Program-made: the position numbers and the translations under genes
The notes under the pieces: model-generated
The model's input: the letters and a program-made list of their open reading frames with translations, nothing else
Told to the model about the DNA's origin: nothing
The model's database searches: none
From: Lama glama
Taxonomy: Eukaryota
Assembly: GCA_028534125.1 (NCBI GenBank)
Contig: CM052816.1
Coordinates: 30,320,001 to 30,384,000, forward strand
Direction: 5' to 3'
DNA: 64,000 bases
Shown here: piece by piece, positions 1-13,210 of the stretch
How positions within the stretch are numbered: the first letter of the stretch is position 1
Layout: each line of letters begins with the position of its first letter

Positions 1-650
1 CCCCCCACCCGCTTGGCAACCACAAGTCTGTATTCTATGTCTATGAGTCTATTTCTGTTCTGTATTTATGCTTTGTTTGTTTTTTTGTTTTTTGTTTTTT
101 TGTTTAGATTCCACATATGAGCGATCTCATATGGTATTTTTTTTTCTCTTTCTGGCTTACTTCACTTAGAATGACATTCTCCAGGAGCATCCATGTTGCT
201 GCAAATGGCGTTATGTTGTCGGGTTTTATGGCTGAGTAGTATTCCATTGTATAAATATACCACCTCTTCTTTATCCAGTCATCTGTTGATGGACATTTAG
301 GCTGTTTCCATGTCTTGGCTATTGTAAATAGTGCTGCTATGAACACTGGGGTTCAGGTGTCTCTTTGAAGTAGGGTTCCTTCTGGATATATGCCCAGGAG
401 TGGGATTCCTGGGTCCTATGGTAAGTCTCTTCCTAGTCTTTTAAGGAATCTCCATACTGTTTTCCACAGTAGCTGTACCAAACTGCATCCCCATCAGCAG
501 TGTAGGAGGGTTCCCCTTTCTCCACAGCCTCTCCAACATTTGTCATTTGTGGACTTTTGAATGATGGCCATTCTGACTGGTGTGAGGTGATAACCTCATT
601 GTAGTTTTGATTTGCATTTCTCTGATAATTAGTGATATTCAGCATTTTTT
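1..650 (-). mobile_element. Young L1 (LINE-1) 3' fragment (ORF2 C-terminus plus 3'UTR), artiodactyl/camelid-type; runs off the window start
   Basis: Minus-strand ORF 104..346 reads [27 protein letters not shown]..., the canonical L1 ORF2 end. Closely similar to the copy at 61823-62511. Confidence 0.95.
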
Positions 651-1072
651 CAAACCATACCAAACCTTTGTTCTTAAGAGCCGTTAGCAAGCACCACCTG
701 CTTTCTCTGGAGTATGCTTAAGTCTCTGGACCTCTTACAGTCCAATGAGTACTATAAGTTGTTTCCTTACTTGGTTACACCTCTTGATAATTTACGTTAC
801 ATATATTGTTATATCTATTGTACATTTATATTAGGAAAAATGTTAAGTTTTACAATATTTTATAGGTTTGACAGAAGATTTAGTTATTATTTCATAAAGA
901 AATTGTAATACAAAATACCTTGTTTAGCATTGTGAAGTGGGGCAGGTTGGTACAATGGCTCTCATGCCTAACCAAGTGTTAGTACTGATAAAAATGTGTA
1001 TTTATCACGGATTTTGTCAGCTCTGTAGCTAGGATGCTGGAGGTTGATTTTGAACCTTGTCCTTGACTGTTC

Positions 1073-1254
1073 CAGTGATTCTGAAATGTGGTCTCTAGAC
1101 CAACACCCTCAGCATCCTATGGCAAATTTCTAGAAAAGCAAATTCTTAGACCCCACTTAGAATCTTCTCAATATAAACTTTTGGAGTAGAACATATATTT
1201 TGTAATTTCCAAGTTCTCCAGATACTCCCCCATAATAAAGTTTGAGAACTACTG
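1073..1254. mobile_element. MER5A-like hAT-Charlie DNA transposon (MITE)
   Basis: Ends cagtgattctgaaatgtggtc ... tttgagaactactg form the MER5-type terminal inverted repeats; about 180 bp. Confidence 0.75.
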
Positions 1255-1279
1255 GAGTACAATATTTGTGTCAGCCTAA

Positions 1280-1450
1280 ATAAAATATTTAACTCCTTTG
1301 GGTAAATCAGCATCCTCATTGATAAAAAGGGGTTAAAAATATTACCTCTACTCAGGCAGTAGTCATAAGTGAAAAAAATCCATGTAAGTAGCTTAATACA
1401 GTGCTTAGCACTGAGAGGCTATTCAATAAATCTTAGCTATTCTTATTAGC
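1280..1450 (+). mobile_element. MIR SINE fragment
   Basis: MIR core and 3' end: catcctcattgataaaaaggggttaa...cttaatacagtgcttagcac...tcaataaatcttagctatt. Confidence 0.65.
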
Positions 1451-1947
1451 TATTAAACTCTGACCTTTGAGCCATTTATTATTGATTGCCTAGAACCTAA
1501 TATGGCTTTTCCACTCTTCCCAACTCTGTCTCCTTTAACCCTCATTCTTACAAGTGGAGGAAAATGTTCTCAGGAGAATAAATAATTCAAGTTGGGGTTC
1601 AGGTAATATGGACACTGCTAGTTATGTATGTTATTAAAATTCTCTAATTTTTAGTTCCTCCACAGTGAAATTGGAATAGTCATTTCTTTGTGTGGCTATC
1701 GAGAATGAAATACAATGAAATGTAGAGAGCTTCTAAAGTAGGGTCCATGTTAGGTGTCCACATTCATAGCTGCTGCTCCAGTCTTCTATTCACTGTCCTT
1801 CTGGCTTCTGACTCTTTCTCTTTCATTGTTATTCTTTGTGATTTGTTTTCCAAGATTCTAAGGCATGATACTGGATGGAACCTAAGAGTTTCAAAAATAG
1901 TTAATCCCTTCTCAGTACATATGAATTAGATGCTTTCCATCTCGTAG

Positions 1948-2346
1948 TATCTTAGATCACTTTCCCCAAGAAACAGACTGAGATCAGAGTTTGTGTGCAG
2001 GGAGTGTACTGGAAAGTGTCCTCAGGAGCAGTACGTGCGAGGGAGAGAGGAAGGAAAGAATGGCAGAGGGAGAATCTGAACTACCATGTCAATGCAACAG
2101 AGGATGAAGCCAATTCCAGGGGTAGTTCTGAAGTTGGGGTGGTTCTTCACAGTTATCCTAATTTGAAGGAAAGTGTCCTGGCCTTTATATCTTTGCATCC
2201 ACCAAGCAAGAAATATAGGCTGCCCAGGTGAAGGGGCAGATCCCTGGAGAGGGAGTCATCTGTGATCCATCAGTCACCAGCACTCTGCAAATTTGGGAGA
2301 ATGAGTGTCTGGGGGTCCTGGATGGCCCACCTCAGTACCCACTATA
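1948..2346 (-). mobile_element. LTR16-like ERVL LTR (3' LTR of the adjacent provirus remnant)
   Basis: Resembles the LTR16 consensus in reverse (aaacagactgagatc...tgcagggagtgtactggaaagtg...ggcctttata). Directly followed by ERVL internal sequence, with a purine-rich PPT-like tract on the minus strand. Confidence 0.7.
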
Positions 2347-4700
2347 TTCCACCTCTTGTATCACTGTTGCCTGCTTGTTTCACAGAGTGAGTTCAACTTA
2401 TCTGGGAAAGCTCCCCCAGGATTCTGATTATTCCCTTTCCCTGGAGAATCTCAGAAGAGGAAGGTCAATAGGATGGACTGTGACCTTGATGCTGCAGCCA
2501 GTCTCAGGCCTGAAACTGACATTCATCATCTCCCTTCCCTACTGTTCATTCAGATTTCTCCCATCAGCAGTACCTCCGCTGGACTACATGGCTTAAATAG
2601 GAGAGCTGCACAGAGCCTGATACCTCTTGTGCTTGTGCACTTACCAAATTCAAACAACAGAGTTACTAAGATGTTCTTGTGGATCACCTGGCCCATTGGA
2701 TAACAGTGAGCTCATGTCCTACTGATGATCAGGGTTAAGTGCCCTGTCAAAGTGACCGTCCTTTCCCTCCCTGCTGGTCTGCTGGCAACAGAAACAGATG
2801 ACAGTCATAGCTTAAAATTTAATGGAATACTTGTTTACCTTGTTTGAAGTTTTTGTGCTGGAAACAAGGACCTCTAAATCCACAGAGCCTAATGTGGAAA
2901 GCATGGGAACCGCAAGGAATCCTAGTGGGTTACTTGGAGTTATGGCAAGTGGGCCATTGCTACTTTCAACCCTTGGTTCCAAAACTAATAGGTATTCTAT
3001 CTGTTGAAGATGCAACACCTAATAATAATCTTAGATTTAAGGGATATATTGCACTAGGTAGATTGTTGCCTCATCTTTGCAGTGTTTTCTTTATGCTGGT
3101 GCTTCAGACATGCCTTCAAATTGCTGTTCCATTGCTCTTTCGTTATAGCACCTTTGAGTGATACACTATTTGATGGAAGGAGTGTATCTCATGATCATAG
3201 TACCACTCCTGTATTGATTGTTATAACATAGATCCCTTTGGTTAAGGCCAGGTAATGTTACAGATACCATGTAGGTGATGGATAAAGAGCTCTGTACGAG
3301 CTTGAGTTTTATTGCTGATTAAGCAAACCGTATCCATTATGTATCTCAGCTTCAGCAACATGAATAGATGCCCATCTTGGGGTAGAGGGAGTCCACTGTA
3401 GTCCACCTGCCACCAGGTGCCTAGTTGTACTCTTGAAAGAAGGGTGTTAAATCTTGGACTTGGTGTGAGTCTCTGTTGCTGAAAGGTTTGATATTTAGTA
3501 GCAGTAGTAGCTAGATCAGCCTTAATGAGGAGTACATATAGTTGAGCCCATGCATAGCCTCCACTCTGCCACCATGGCTGCAGTATTCACAAACCATTGT
3601 GCAAGCGCTGTAGTGGCCAGTGGCAGAGGCTGACCAATATCAGCTGGTTGATTCCCTCTTCTTTTATGGCATTAACATGTGACACAATAATCTTCATCCT
3701 TCATGCATTACCTCTTAGCTACATCCACATGATGTTTCCCAGAAATCCTTGTCTCTAATAATCTAATCTTTTCTTCTCTTGGATGACTCTGGCCATCCAA
3801 CTAAGCCATTTACTACTGCTCATCATTTATTACTACTCTTTTTTTTTAATTGAAGTATGGTCAGTTTACAATGTTGTGTAAATTTCTGGTGTACAACATA
3901 ATGTTTCAGTCATACATATACGTACTTATATTCATTTTCATATTTTTCATTATAGGTTACTACAAGATATTGAGTATAGTTCACTGTGCTACATAGAAGA
4001 AACTTGTTGTTTATTTTATATATATGGTAGTTAGAATTTGCAAATCTCAAACTCTCAATTTATCCTTTCCTACCCCTTTCCCTGTTGGTAACCATAAGAT
4101 TGTTTTCAATGTCTGCAAGCCTGCTTCTCTTTTGTAAATAAATCCATTTGTGTCTTTTTTTTTAAGATTCCACATATGAGTAATATCATATGGTATTTTT
4201 CTTTCTCTTTCAGGCTGACTTAGTATGACAATCTACAGGTCCATCCAAATAGCTGCGAATGGCTTTATTTTATTCTTTTTTATGGCTGAGTACTATTCCA
4301 TTGTATAACTGTACCACAACTTCTTTATCCAGTCATCTGTTGATGGACATTTAGGTTGTTTCCATGTCTTGGCTATTGTAAATAGTGCTGCTGTGAACAC
4401 TGGGGTACATGTATCTTTTCTAATTAGACTTCCCTCCAGATACAAATTTATTAATATTATTATAACTGCCCATTGGAAGATTTCTCCTCATCAGTTTCCT
4501 TCAGAGGCACATGGTTGAGCTACATTTTAGCATCAGTCATTTTGGGGCTTGCACATATATACCCTGCTGACCCATCCTTGATACAAGTTGGGCCTTTTTC
4601 TTCCATCATTCTTCTCCACCATGCTGGTGGGCTCATCTGACCTTATACTTGCATGAAATAGAATTCTGCTTCTGATCTTAGGCTCAACTGTTAAATTCTC
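2347..4700 (-). mobile_element. Degenerate ERVL internal region (pol/integrase remnant, ERV3-16A3-like), interrupted by an L1 at 3839-4442
   Basis: Minus-strand translations: TWWQVDYSGLPLP (3418-3380; integrase WQVDY motif), SHGGR/GGYAWAQ (about 3580-3543; integrase zinc-binding region, frameshifted), and PLAITPSNPLG...LGSVDLEVLV (ORF 2812..3018; ERVL pol C-terminus). Right boundary approximate. Confidence 0.85.
3839..4442 (-). mobile_element. 5'-truncated L1 3' end, artiodactyl-type, inserted into the ERVL remnant
   Basis: T-tract at 3839-3847 (poly-A tail on minus), then the L1 3'UTR and the ORF2-end sequence tttatggctgagtactattccattg...gatggacatttaggttgtttcc. Confidence 0.92.
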
Positions 4701-5289
4701 TGTCAGGGCCCAGGATCATGCAAGAATTGTTTTTCAAATAGTATATATGTCCGCTACTGCAGAGTAGACCTATGTGATGTTCCATGTGATATTCTGATAG
4801 TTCAAATCCCTTTTTACTATATTGTTACTTAGGATAGGAGAGTTAACACAGCAGTCACCAGGTGCCTATTGTTTCTGATTTTCACACTTACAATTAAATT
4901 GCTAATCACAGTTAGCCTTCCCTTTTGTATAATACACTCTTAGTATTCAACAACACCCATCCAATTCTAATATGCTTGTAATTATTATTTCTGAATCTAC
5001 TGAGTGCCTGAGATAGTGCATTCCCTTCGACAAGCTATTGCAGTTCAACTTCTGTGAAAGTTTAATAATGTCATGAATGCAACATGCCAGAAGCTATCCA
5101 TATTCCTCTCACTACTGTAAATCAGGTCCTCACTGTGTGCAATGTGAAAGGTAATAGAGTTCCAAAATCCCATTATGTGTAGTTTAAATTTACTTTTTAT
5201 AAAAATTTTCAAAGATAAGATTCAAGAACAATAAAAAAAAAGATTTTTCCTTGGAATTTTTGGGAGCAAGTCACCACCAAATCACCCTA

Positions 5290-6220
5290 AAATAGTCTGC
5301 ATATTATTTTACAAACAAGGGCATTCTCATATTTAACCTCAGTACAACCATCAAAGTCAGGAAATTAGCATCAAAACATTACTGCCATTTAATCCTCAAA
5401 CTCAGACAAATTTTATGAAGTGTCTCATTAATTAGGCTCTTAGTGCAAAGGGATTCAGTACAAATGACACATTGCATTTTACTGTCACATCTCTAGTCTT
5501 CTCTAGTCTGGAGTAGTTCTTCAGTCTTTCCTTGACTTTCATGATATTGGTATTTTTGAATATTACAGGAAATTTATTTTGTAGGATGTTTCTCAATTTG
5601 GGTTTGTCTGATGTTTCTTCGTGCTAGATTTGGGCTCTGTGTACATTGTTATTGGGCAGGAATGTCAGAGAAGTGATGCTGCTACTCATTACATCACACC
5701 GAGCAGCACACATACTTGATTTGTCCCATTGCTAGTTGACTATTTGGTATCTTAAAAGATTCTCCATTATGAAGTTACTCTTTTCCTCTTTGGTGTTAAT
5801 AAGTATTTTGTTGGAAGATGCTGTTAGTCTAAATAAGTATCCCACTTTTAATCAAACTCTCAATTTTTAATTAATTTATATTGTGTATTCATAAATTCAT
5901 ATTTTATTCACTGGTTATTAATCTGTTACCATTACTATTCACATTGCTCAGATCGTTTCAGATTTGGCTGCTGGATCTTCGTCACACTGGTTTCAGTGTT
6001 GTTTTGATATGTCTCATCATCTTGAACATTTCCATTTTTGTCTCAAAAAGATATTCCAGGCTTATCTTATATTTCCTCTTCCCCAGCCCTGGAATTGGTT
6101 ATTTCTTTAAGTAATTCTGGAGAAGGAAACTTTGAAGCCAAAATGTGGGTGTTAATATACACATTGCTGTTGGTATGTCACAACTATCAGGCCCTCTCAC
6201 TGAACAAAGCTAGAGAATCT
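5290..6220 (-). mobile_element. Old L1 3' end (L1MC4/L1MC5-like)
   Basis: Characteristic L1MC 3'UTR motifs: aaacaagggcattctc...cagtacaaccatcaaagtcaggaaatt...cagtctttccttgactttcatga. Confidence 0.7.
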
Positions 6221-6329
6221 GTATATATAACTATATACATACCATATATATATGTATATATAATGCTATAAACATGTTTATGCTATTTATAGATATATTT
6301 GTATAGAGAGAGTATATACTCAGATACTC

Positions 6330-6743
6330 TGTGCATAGCCCACTTCCCGCCTCCTTTCAACAAGGTCCAGGCCGACACCCTCCCTAAAGCACTGGCTGCT
6401 GCTTTACTCTGCGCTGCTGCTGCATCACCCCTTGTACAAACATCCTTCTCACTGGGCTTCTGAAGTCACTGGTTGGGCTTGAAGTGCTGCTTTAGCCCTG
6501 GAGGGATTTCCATCTGACCCTTCCCCACCTCCTGCAGGCCTGACTGCCCACTGCCCCAAGCAAAATTCCTCCCCACTCCAGACACTCCTTGCAGGCCAAC
6601 CTCCTCTCTGATGCCTTCCTCACTCCGTGGAGCCTCTGACTCCCCCTGGTGCCACCCTCTGTTTGAATGCCTTATTAAATTCCTGCCTTGTTCACGTGCT
6701 GACTCATGATGCCTTGAGATCCCTGGTGCTTTCCCCCCATGCA
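6330..6743 (+). mobile_element. Intact solo LTR (414 bp), probably ERVL/MaLR class, family not recognised
   Basis: Starts TG (6330) and ends CA (6743). Flanked by the direct repeat TACTC (6325-6329 and 6744-6748). ATTAAA at 6674-6679. GC-rich relative to its flanks. Confidence 0.8.
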
Positions 6744-6821
6744 TACTCCTTTGTCATTTTGCTTCACTGTCAGCTACTGCCTAGTTGAAAGTATGCATTC
6801 AAGGATCACTTAAGCACCAGC

Positions 6822-7121
6822 TGTCTTTGATTGAGTTTCTGGAGAGACTTATCCTGAGATGAAAAGTTGCTGGCAGGAATTTTTTTGAGGAGTGCTCCTG
6901 GGAATAACATTTGTTAGGGACTGAGAGAAATACCATTGCTCAAGGGAAGCTCTGCAGCTTTTACTCCTTTAGAGTTAGCCCAAACCAAGGTATGCATATG
7001 AAGACTTTGTCCTTTCACATCAACCAGTCATTGGATGCCGGCTGCACCCAGGGAGGTCGCAGCTGTGAGATGGTTGACTTTTCCTGAAGGGAGAATCTGA
7101 GCAACAAACCACAGCATCCAC
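6822..7121 (-). mobile_element. Second LTR16-like ERVL LTR (internally deleted)
   Basis: Similar to 1948-2346 (ctgagatgaaaagttgctggcagg...caaccagtcattggatgccggctgc...cacagcatccac), same orientation. Confidence 0.6.
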
Positions 7122-7169
7122 TTGATTTGGCTTCTGAAGCTGGATAATAATAGAATCCATTGAGTTAGC

Positions 7170-7280
7170 GTTCCAAAAATAAAGATTCTTAGACTCCATC
7201 CCCAGAGAGTATATTTCAGTAACACTTGGACAGGGTGTAAGTGATCTGTTTCTTCTGAAAGTCCCCAGATGATTCAATAT
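7170..7280. mobile_element. MER5-family fragment
   Basis: aaagattcttagactccatccccagagag...aagtccccagatgattc matches the MER5 internal sequence. Confidence 0.55.
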
Positions 7281-10200
7281 TTGTCTAGTTCAGCTACAGT
7301 TGGCCTTTAGTTAAATATACTGATTTTCTGTATGTTCATGCCCGAAAATTTTGCTCTCACAGGACGCAGAAGGCACGTGAACTTCATAGCTTTCAGTTCT
7401 CATAACTGTTCTCCATGGTTGCACTTCATGCCCTCTCTCCTGATGGCTGATGAAGGTGCAGTGAGCTTTTTGCTTTGTTTTGTTTTCTGGGGTCATGAAA
7501 TGGTATTACTTCCAAAGTGACCACCCTTGGCATCAACGTCACACAAAAGAAGCTCAGTATTTTGTTTCAGTGTTTCTGTGTCGTCTTTAATGTACTACAT
7601 AAAGTAGTCTATGGTTGTTAAAAAAAAAAGGAACTATGGGTTATAGGTTGCATTATTCGTACTTCTGTTCACATTGAAAGTCGTGTATTTGGTGTTTTCC
7701 ATTCACTACAAGGCAGGTTTGATGAAAGCCTTTTTCTACACTGGGAGGATTCTTATGAACGTCAGTCAGATGAGAGTCATCTTAGAAAGACCAGCCACAC
7801 TCCCACAGCATGAATGCCAAGACATCTCCAAGTCTCCTAAGTGGAGAAACGGCAGGAGGGAGCAGTTTCCTTGTGGCTTTTCAGAAGTTCTTTGCAGGGA
7901 GAGCTAGGTGTGCATGACAGCTCTGTATGTAGATACATTATTCTCAGGAAGTTCACTGAACAGGATGAACAAGGCAAGAGGAAGAGAGCCCTGCAGGAGG
8001 ATCTCATTCTGCAGCAGTGTGGGAGTCTGAAGCTGTGCAAGTCTAGGGAAACCGGAGATCTTAGAACAACTGGTCCTGTACAATATGAGCGAGTGTAGGT
8101 CTTTCCATGCCATTGCTCTATACAAGTACACCTCGTGGGAGAGGGTGTCCATAGTCCATAACCGTCTAGTGTCAAAGGGGGTGTTTTGAGTTTTATGATT
8201 TTGTAAAACATAGCTTGAAAACATTCTGAAAGCTTCCCCGACTCTGAGGAGAACCCTGTCTCTTTACTATCTCCTTCACTTGGTAACACTTTACAGTTTC
8301 CATTGTGAAATTATGGTCGTATAGAAACATTATGAGGGAAGGCTCATGTCGTTAATTATGTATCAATCTTTTGTTTAGGCTTTCAAAGAAAGATTTTCAA
8401 GCCAAATCAGAAGCTCCCCCTTTCTTTTATGGAATGATTACCTAGATATATCCTGGAGAGTATTCAGACCTTAAAAATTATGATTTGTGTTTCTATCATA
8501 AAGAGATGTCTGTTCCATCCCTCTGCTATTCATTGCATTCTGAATTTTATGTGTCATTTCTCAGTATACAGCTGTGGAATCCAAAGTACAAAATACATCA
8601 TTTATTTATTATGCTGAAAATATAAATGGCAGTTGACATTTTGTGCACATTAAAGTTTTTTTATTTATATGCATTTAGTCAGCAAATGTTTATTTGGTAC
8701 GTACTATCCCTGAGGCACAATGCGAGATGCTGGGGAAGGTGAGGATGCTCAGATTCAAGGTTAATTGTTGATTGGCCATCTGGGTCTCCTCTGTCTACCT
8801 TTAAACATCCAGCCTATCTTTTCAAATTACTTTTCTAAAATAAAATAAGGTAACTATATAAAGTATAAGTTATAACACAGATGTAATTTTTTATTGTTTT
8901 TAAAATTTTTGTTTTTCCTCGGTCATTAGGAAGACAAAATCTGACTAAAATCAACTGAACAGAAAAACACCTGTCTTTTCCAAGTTTTCTTTAGAATGTA
9001 GGAAGAATTTTACATGAAGACTGAAAAAATGAAAATTAAGCAGAGGATTTGTAATACTTGAGATTTCACAATTTGTCTCAAAAGTCAGGATTTTATAGCG
9101 AAATCTGGGTTGTAACAGATGGAGCTGAGTGAGAATCTGAAATAAGATCCAGTTCAGCTTCAGTCAGAGAAACATGATACTGAAGAATACTGTCGACTGC
9201 ATGGGAAACGTCACATCCACAGAAACGTGTTCCAAATAAAAGAAACACTCTGTGAAGAGCTCAGTTTTGAACATCAAATATATTAATTTTTTATCCCTGT
9301 GTAACAAATTACCACAATCTTAGTAGCTTAAAACAACCCAGCTAGATTACCTCACAGTAGAAAAACTACTACTGAAGTTACTAGATAAAGAAAGGGTACA
9401 ATCTTTGGAATTTGAAACTCTCCTAGTTTTATTCATTGAATGTCTTGACTGTTTTCACCCAGAGCAACCAGCTCAATGTGGTCAGCCTGTCTTCAGCTTC
9501 AGCCAGTCTGCCTCATCTCGGTGCATCCGTTATCTGTCTGTAAACCACAGCCAGTTCCAAAGAGTTTTCTCTCAGGGCTGGTTTCCCTTCAGAGTAATGA
9601 GAAGCCCAGTAGGAGACACACCATTTAATTAGCAGGTTCTGACTGCTCTCCTCATTCTTTGAGTGATTCGGTGCACATCCTGTGCTTCCATCTCCATTCC
9701 CTGCGATGGATGATCCATGAACCACAAAGTAAACCTGTCAAGAAATCATAACAGAGTGACTTTTCTTCATGCATAGAGTATTGCCATATGTTATCATAGA
9801 ATTCAACTGGAGATTCTTTTTTTTTGCTCATTTCCACAATCCTTCCTTTGATAGTGAACAGGTCTTAGGGTTTTATCCTCTTGAAGTATTCAGTTAAAGA
9901 TATACCAGCTTAAGGAAAATAACAATCTATGTCTCCTTTGACCACTTTCTTCTTCCTTATATTGTTGACAATTTGCATGACTTTAATCCCATTTTTCTAC
10001 CCCCTTCTTCACATGACTAATTTCTTTACCTGGCCAACACCTCATAATGTGCTGGAGTCCAACTTGCTTCTAACTGACCCTCAATTATAATGCTGCCAGA
10101 CTGTTGTTAGTGGGCATTTTGCATAGTTATAAGATTACTGGACTGAGCAGTATTTCCATAACTCAACATCAGCATAATCTAATCTGTTTCCTGGCCGCAA

Positions 10201-11239
10201 TGTTACCATGCAAAAGTGGAGATCAGGCAGAATTCCAGGAGCCACAGTCACAACACCTGCTGGTTAGCTGTTTTGCCAGAGCACCAAGGAGTGATGGAAT
10301 TAAGAAGTGCCGTAGTCAGCTCACATTATGAAGATGAAAACGATAATTAGCCATGTGGTAATGTGAATTACTCAGCTAAATCTTTGTCGTGCTGTAAGAT
10401 GTTCTAGCAATCTATTGTGAACAGTTTAATCTGTTGGGATTTTGTCATTTTAAGAAATGAGGAAGGGTAATGGCAATTTTTTCAAAATGAAAATAAATTG
10501 ACATGTAAAAATGACAGTCTGTGTAGAATCTGAGGCTTAGGCAGGACCTCACGTAAAATTCAGTAGAAATGATCAAACTATAGCTCCTAAGGAACCTGAG
10601 CACGTCTTGTCCTAACTTTACTGCTGCAGAGTTATCTGTTAGAGTCATGTGCACATGCAGGTGAACTGACATGAAAGTGACCATTTTAAGCTTTGATAAT
10701 TCGTGATCTTTTTTTCTTAAATATTGATATAAAATGAAAACTAACAGCTTAACTTTCAATTAATGCAATTTATAAAACACCTCTATTGATTTTAACTGTT
10801 AAAGGATCTGATGAGGGACACATTTGCTTTGTCACATTGTCCATCTGAGTTCCATTTCATCTCACAGTGATTAATGACCAGTTCAAAATCTTTGAACAAG
10901 TTCTCTGCATCTGTAGAATTTTGGTGTGAGCCTAAGGGTTAGAAAGGGATTTTGTAAGTCAGAAAATGGAACCTAGTCATTGTTAGGAAATTGTTCAGAC
11001 AGGAAATCCCTGCTGGTTTAACTGCTGAGGGTACTTCAGTGGTGCATGGTTTTAAGAGATCTGTCTGTTATCAATGGAAGTGTTCGTGTAAAACGTTCTT
11101 CGTGGGCCAAAATGTCATGCATTTACCAACATACAAGAAAAGGAACCCAGATAAATAGAAATACCCAAAGGGGGAAAATTATCTCAAGCAATTACTCTTG
11201 AGTATTTCCACAAATTATGACTCTGTATAAATTTCGTGA

Positions 11240-11485
11240 TTAGGTGTGGAGCTTTGAATATAGACTGAGATCCCATCTTGGCTCTGCTGTTTGCTAATTA
11301 TGCATCTCTGGCAAATTTCCTGCTCTTTCTGTGCTACATTCCTTAATGTGTAATAATGGGGACACTGAATAGTATCTGGCGCATCAGAATATGGGGAGAA
11401 TTAGGTGATAAAGTACATGTGACATGTTTAATACAGTGCCTGGAACACAGTATGGACACAGTAAGGGTTAGCTGTTATTTTCATT
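11240..11485 (+). mobile_element. MIR SINE, near full length
   Basis: gagctttgaatatagactgag...ggctctgctgtttgct...ggcaaatttc...atacagtgcctggaacacagta...gttagctgttatt. Confidence 0.75.
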
Positions 11486-11504
11486 ACTTGGAAGCTCTGT
11501 TTTT

Positions 11505-11990
11505 GTTAGACTGAGTATTTAAGGACTATGTGCTGTGTGCCAGGCATGATGGTAGGATTCAGGGATTCAGCAACGAATGAGAAAAGGCCCTGTCCTTAGA
11601 GAGCTTACCTCTTATGGGGAAAACAGTAGACCAGTGAGTGCTCTCAAGCTGGCATGCACCAGAATCACCTGGCGAGCCTGTAATGAGTGAATGGGCCCCA
11701 GTCTTGGAATTCCTGAGTATGGTTGGGATGAAGTTTGCAAATGTGCATTTTGGACAAGTTCCCAGGTGATACAGTGCTTACCTGGGAACCACACTTTGAG
11801 AACCCTAGTCTAACAGGGATATAGACAAGGCAGCACAGTAACATAGCCATTTGGACTAACATGGGGATTTCGAAGACCCTTTATAAAACATGATGACTGA
11901 GGTGAGAGTTGAAGGATAAATATTAACCAGATGAACAGTAATGAAGATGGGAAGACACATGAAACACTGTTGCATGTAGGAAACATTCTG
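11505..11990 (-). mobile_element. L2 3' fragment interrupted by MER5A
   Basis: gtatttaaggactatgtgctgtgtgccaggcatgatggtagg...ccctgtccttagagagcttac, resuming after 11808 (gatgactgaggtgagagttgaagga). Confidence 0.6.
11632..11808. mobile_element. MER5A-like DNA transposon
   Basis: ctctcaagctggcatgcaccagaatcacctgg...tgtgcattttggacaagttcccaggtgat...accacactttgagaaccc. Confidence 0.8.
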
Positions 11991-12984
11991 GTACCCTTTT
12001 TAGGAATACTTTTTCACCTTTAATCCAAATATGATTTACTCTCTTTCTAAAAACATTTAAAATAGTGTTCTGAAATTTGTCCTCTTTCACAAGGTAATCC
12101 AATGTGAAATATTATTTGCCTTGGAAAGTGAGTTTGAAAATGTAAAGGTAAAACTGTCAATAATCTAAATTTTGATTTAGATGACTACGTTCCAATATCA
12201 GTATCTCCCATTCATATTCTTTTTTCTGCAGTCCCTGTAAAATTAGGTAGACATAAATTTTCCTTACTGTTACAGTTTTATGTAACTATGGGACAGGCAG
12301 CCAAAAATTATCTTATTGCCTGTACTATGTAATTCCTAGCAGAGTAATTGTTCAAAATAGGTGCTCATTTTTATGATTAACAATTACTTTGTAAAAAGCA
12401 AATTTGTTTTGTATCAGTTTTACTGTTTATTTAATTTGCTTTTCATTGTTTCGTGCATTGTCTTTACTCAGGCAAAGCAGAAAAATAAAAAAGTAGAATC
12501 TACCACCCATTTTTACTATCCAGGAATAACTATTACTATTATTTGGTGTCCCAAAATTCAGAAAGTTCTGTATAAAGACTGAAGGGTAGAAAAATAGAAA
12601 TAATTTTAAAAATATTGCCATATGCTATGTATTATTTTCTTTTGAATTATTATATTTCACCTGAAATTAACAGAATGAAGCATACAAAGTGAAACAAGAA
12701 CTGATAACATTTTGATAAAATTTCTTCACTATAAGAAATGTTAGTTTTTGAAAGATTCCTCTAATGTTAGAAAAAAGAAAAAAAACAGTTTTGAGAGTGA
12801 AATTACTATATTGTCTCAACTTTAGATTGTGTTTACTAAATTTTAGATGTGAAAGATAAGGAAATTAGAACAGTTAAACTTTGTCTAGCCTTCTTCATCT
12901 TCACCCTTATTCTGATTTGTGTTATTCAAGTTACTGTTTTTCCATGATTGAATTTTATAAAATTTATATCTTCTTTGCATCAAG

Positions 12985-13210
12985 TAGGAAGCTGTCAACA
13001 AGTAACCGAGGAATGAAATCACAATGGCTTAAGTAAGAAGAAAAATTTATTGTTCAGATGTTGTGGAGGGATCTGGAGTTGACTGAAAACATCACTAGTT
13101 TATCCACTGTGTGGAGGTTGATTTGTCATCTTGGCTTTACTACTGGTCCCAAGATAGTGAACACAATTCCAAATGGCACGTTGAGATGACAACACTGGGC
13201 AGGGAGCTGT
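12985..13210 (-). mobile_element. Old MLT1 (MaLR) LTR fragment
   Basis: caagtaaccgagg...caatggcttaagtaag...aatttattg...ggtcccaagatagtgaacacaattcca pattern of ancient MLT1 LTRs. Confidence 0.45.

Noticed and set aside
7674..8289. Cluster of overlapping ORFs up to 150 aa
   Set aside because: No recognisable domain in any frame, no convincing splice-site pair, and no poly-A or TSD; likely chance in moderately GC-rich sequence.
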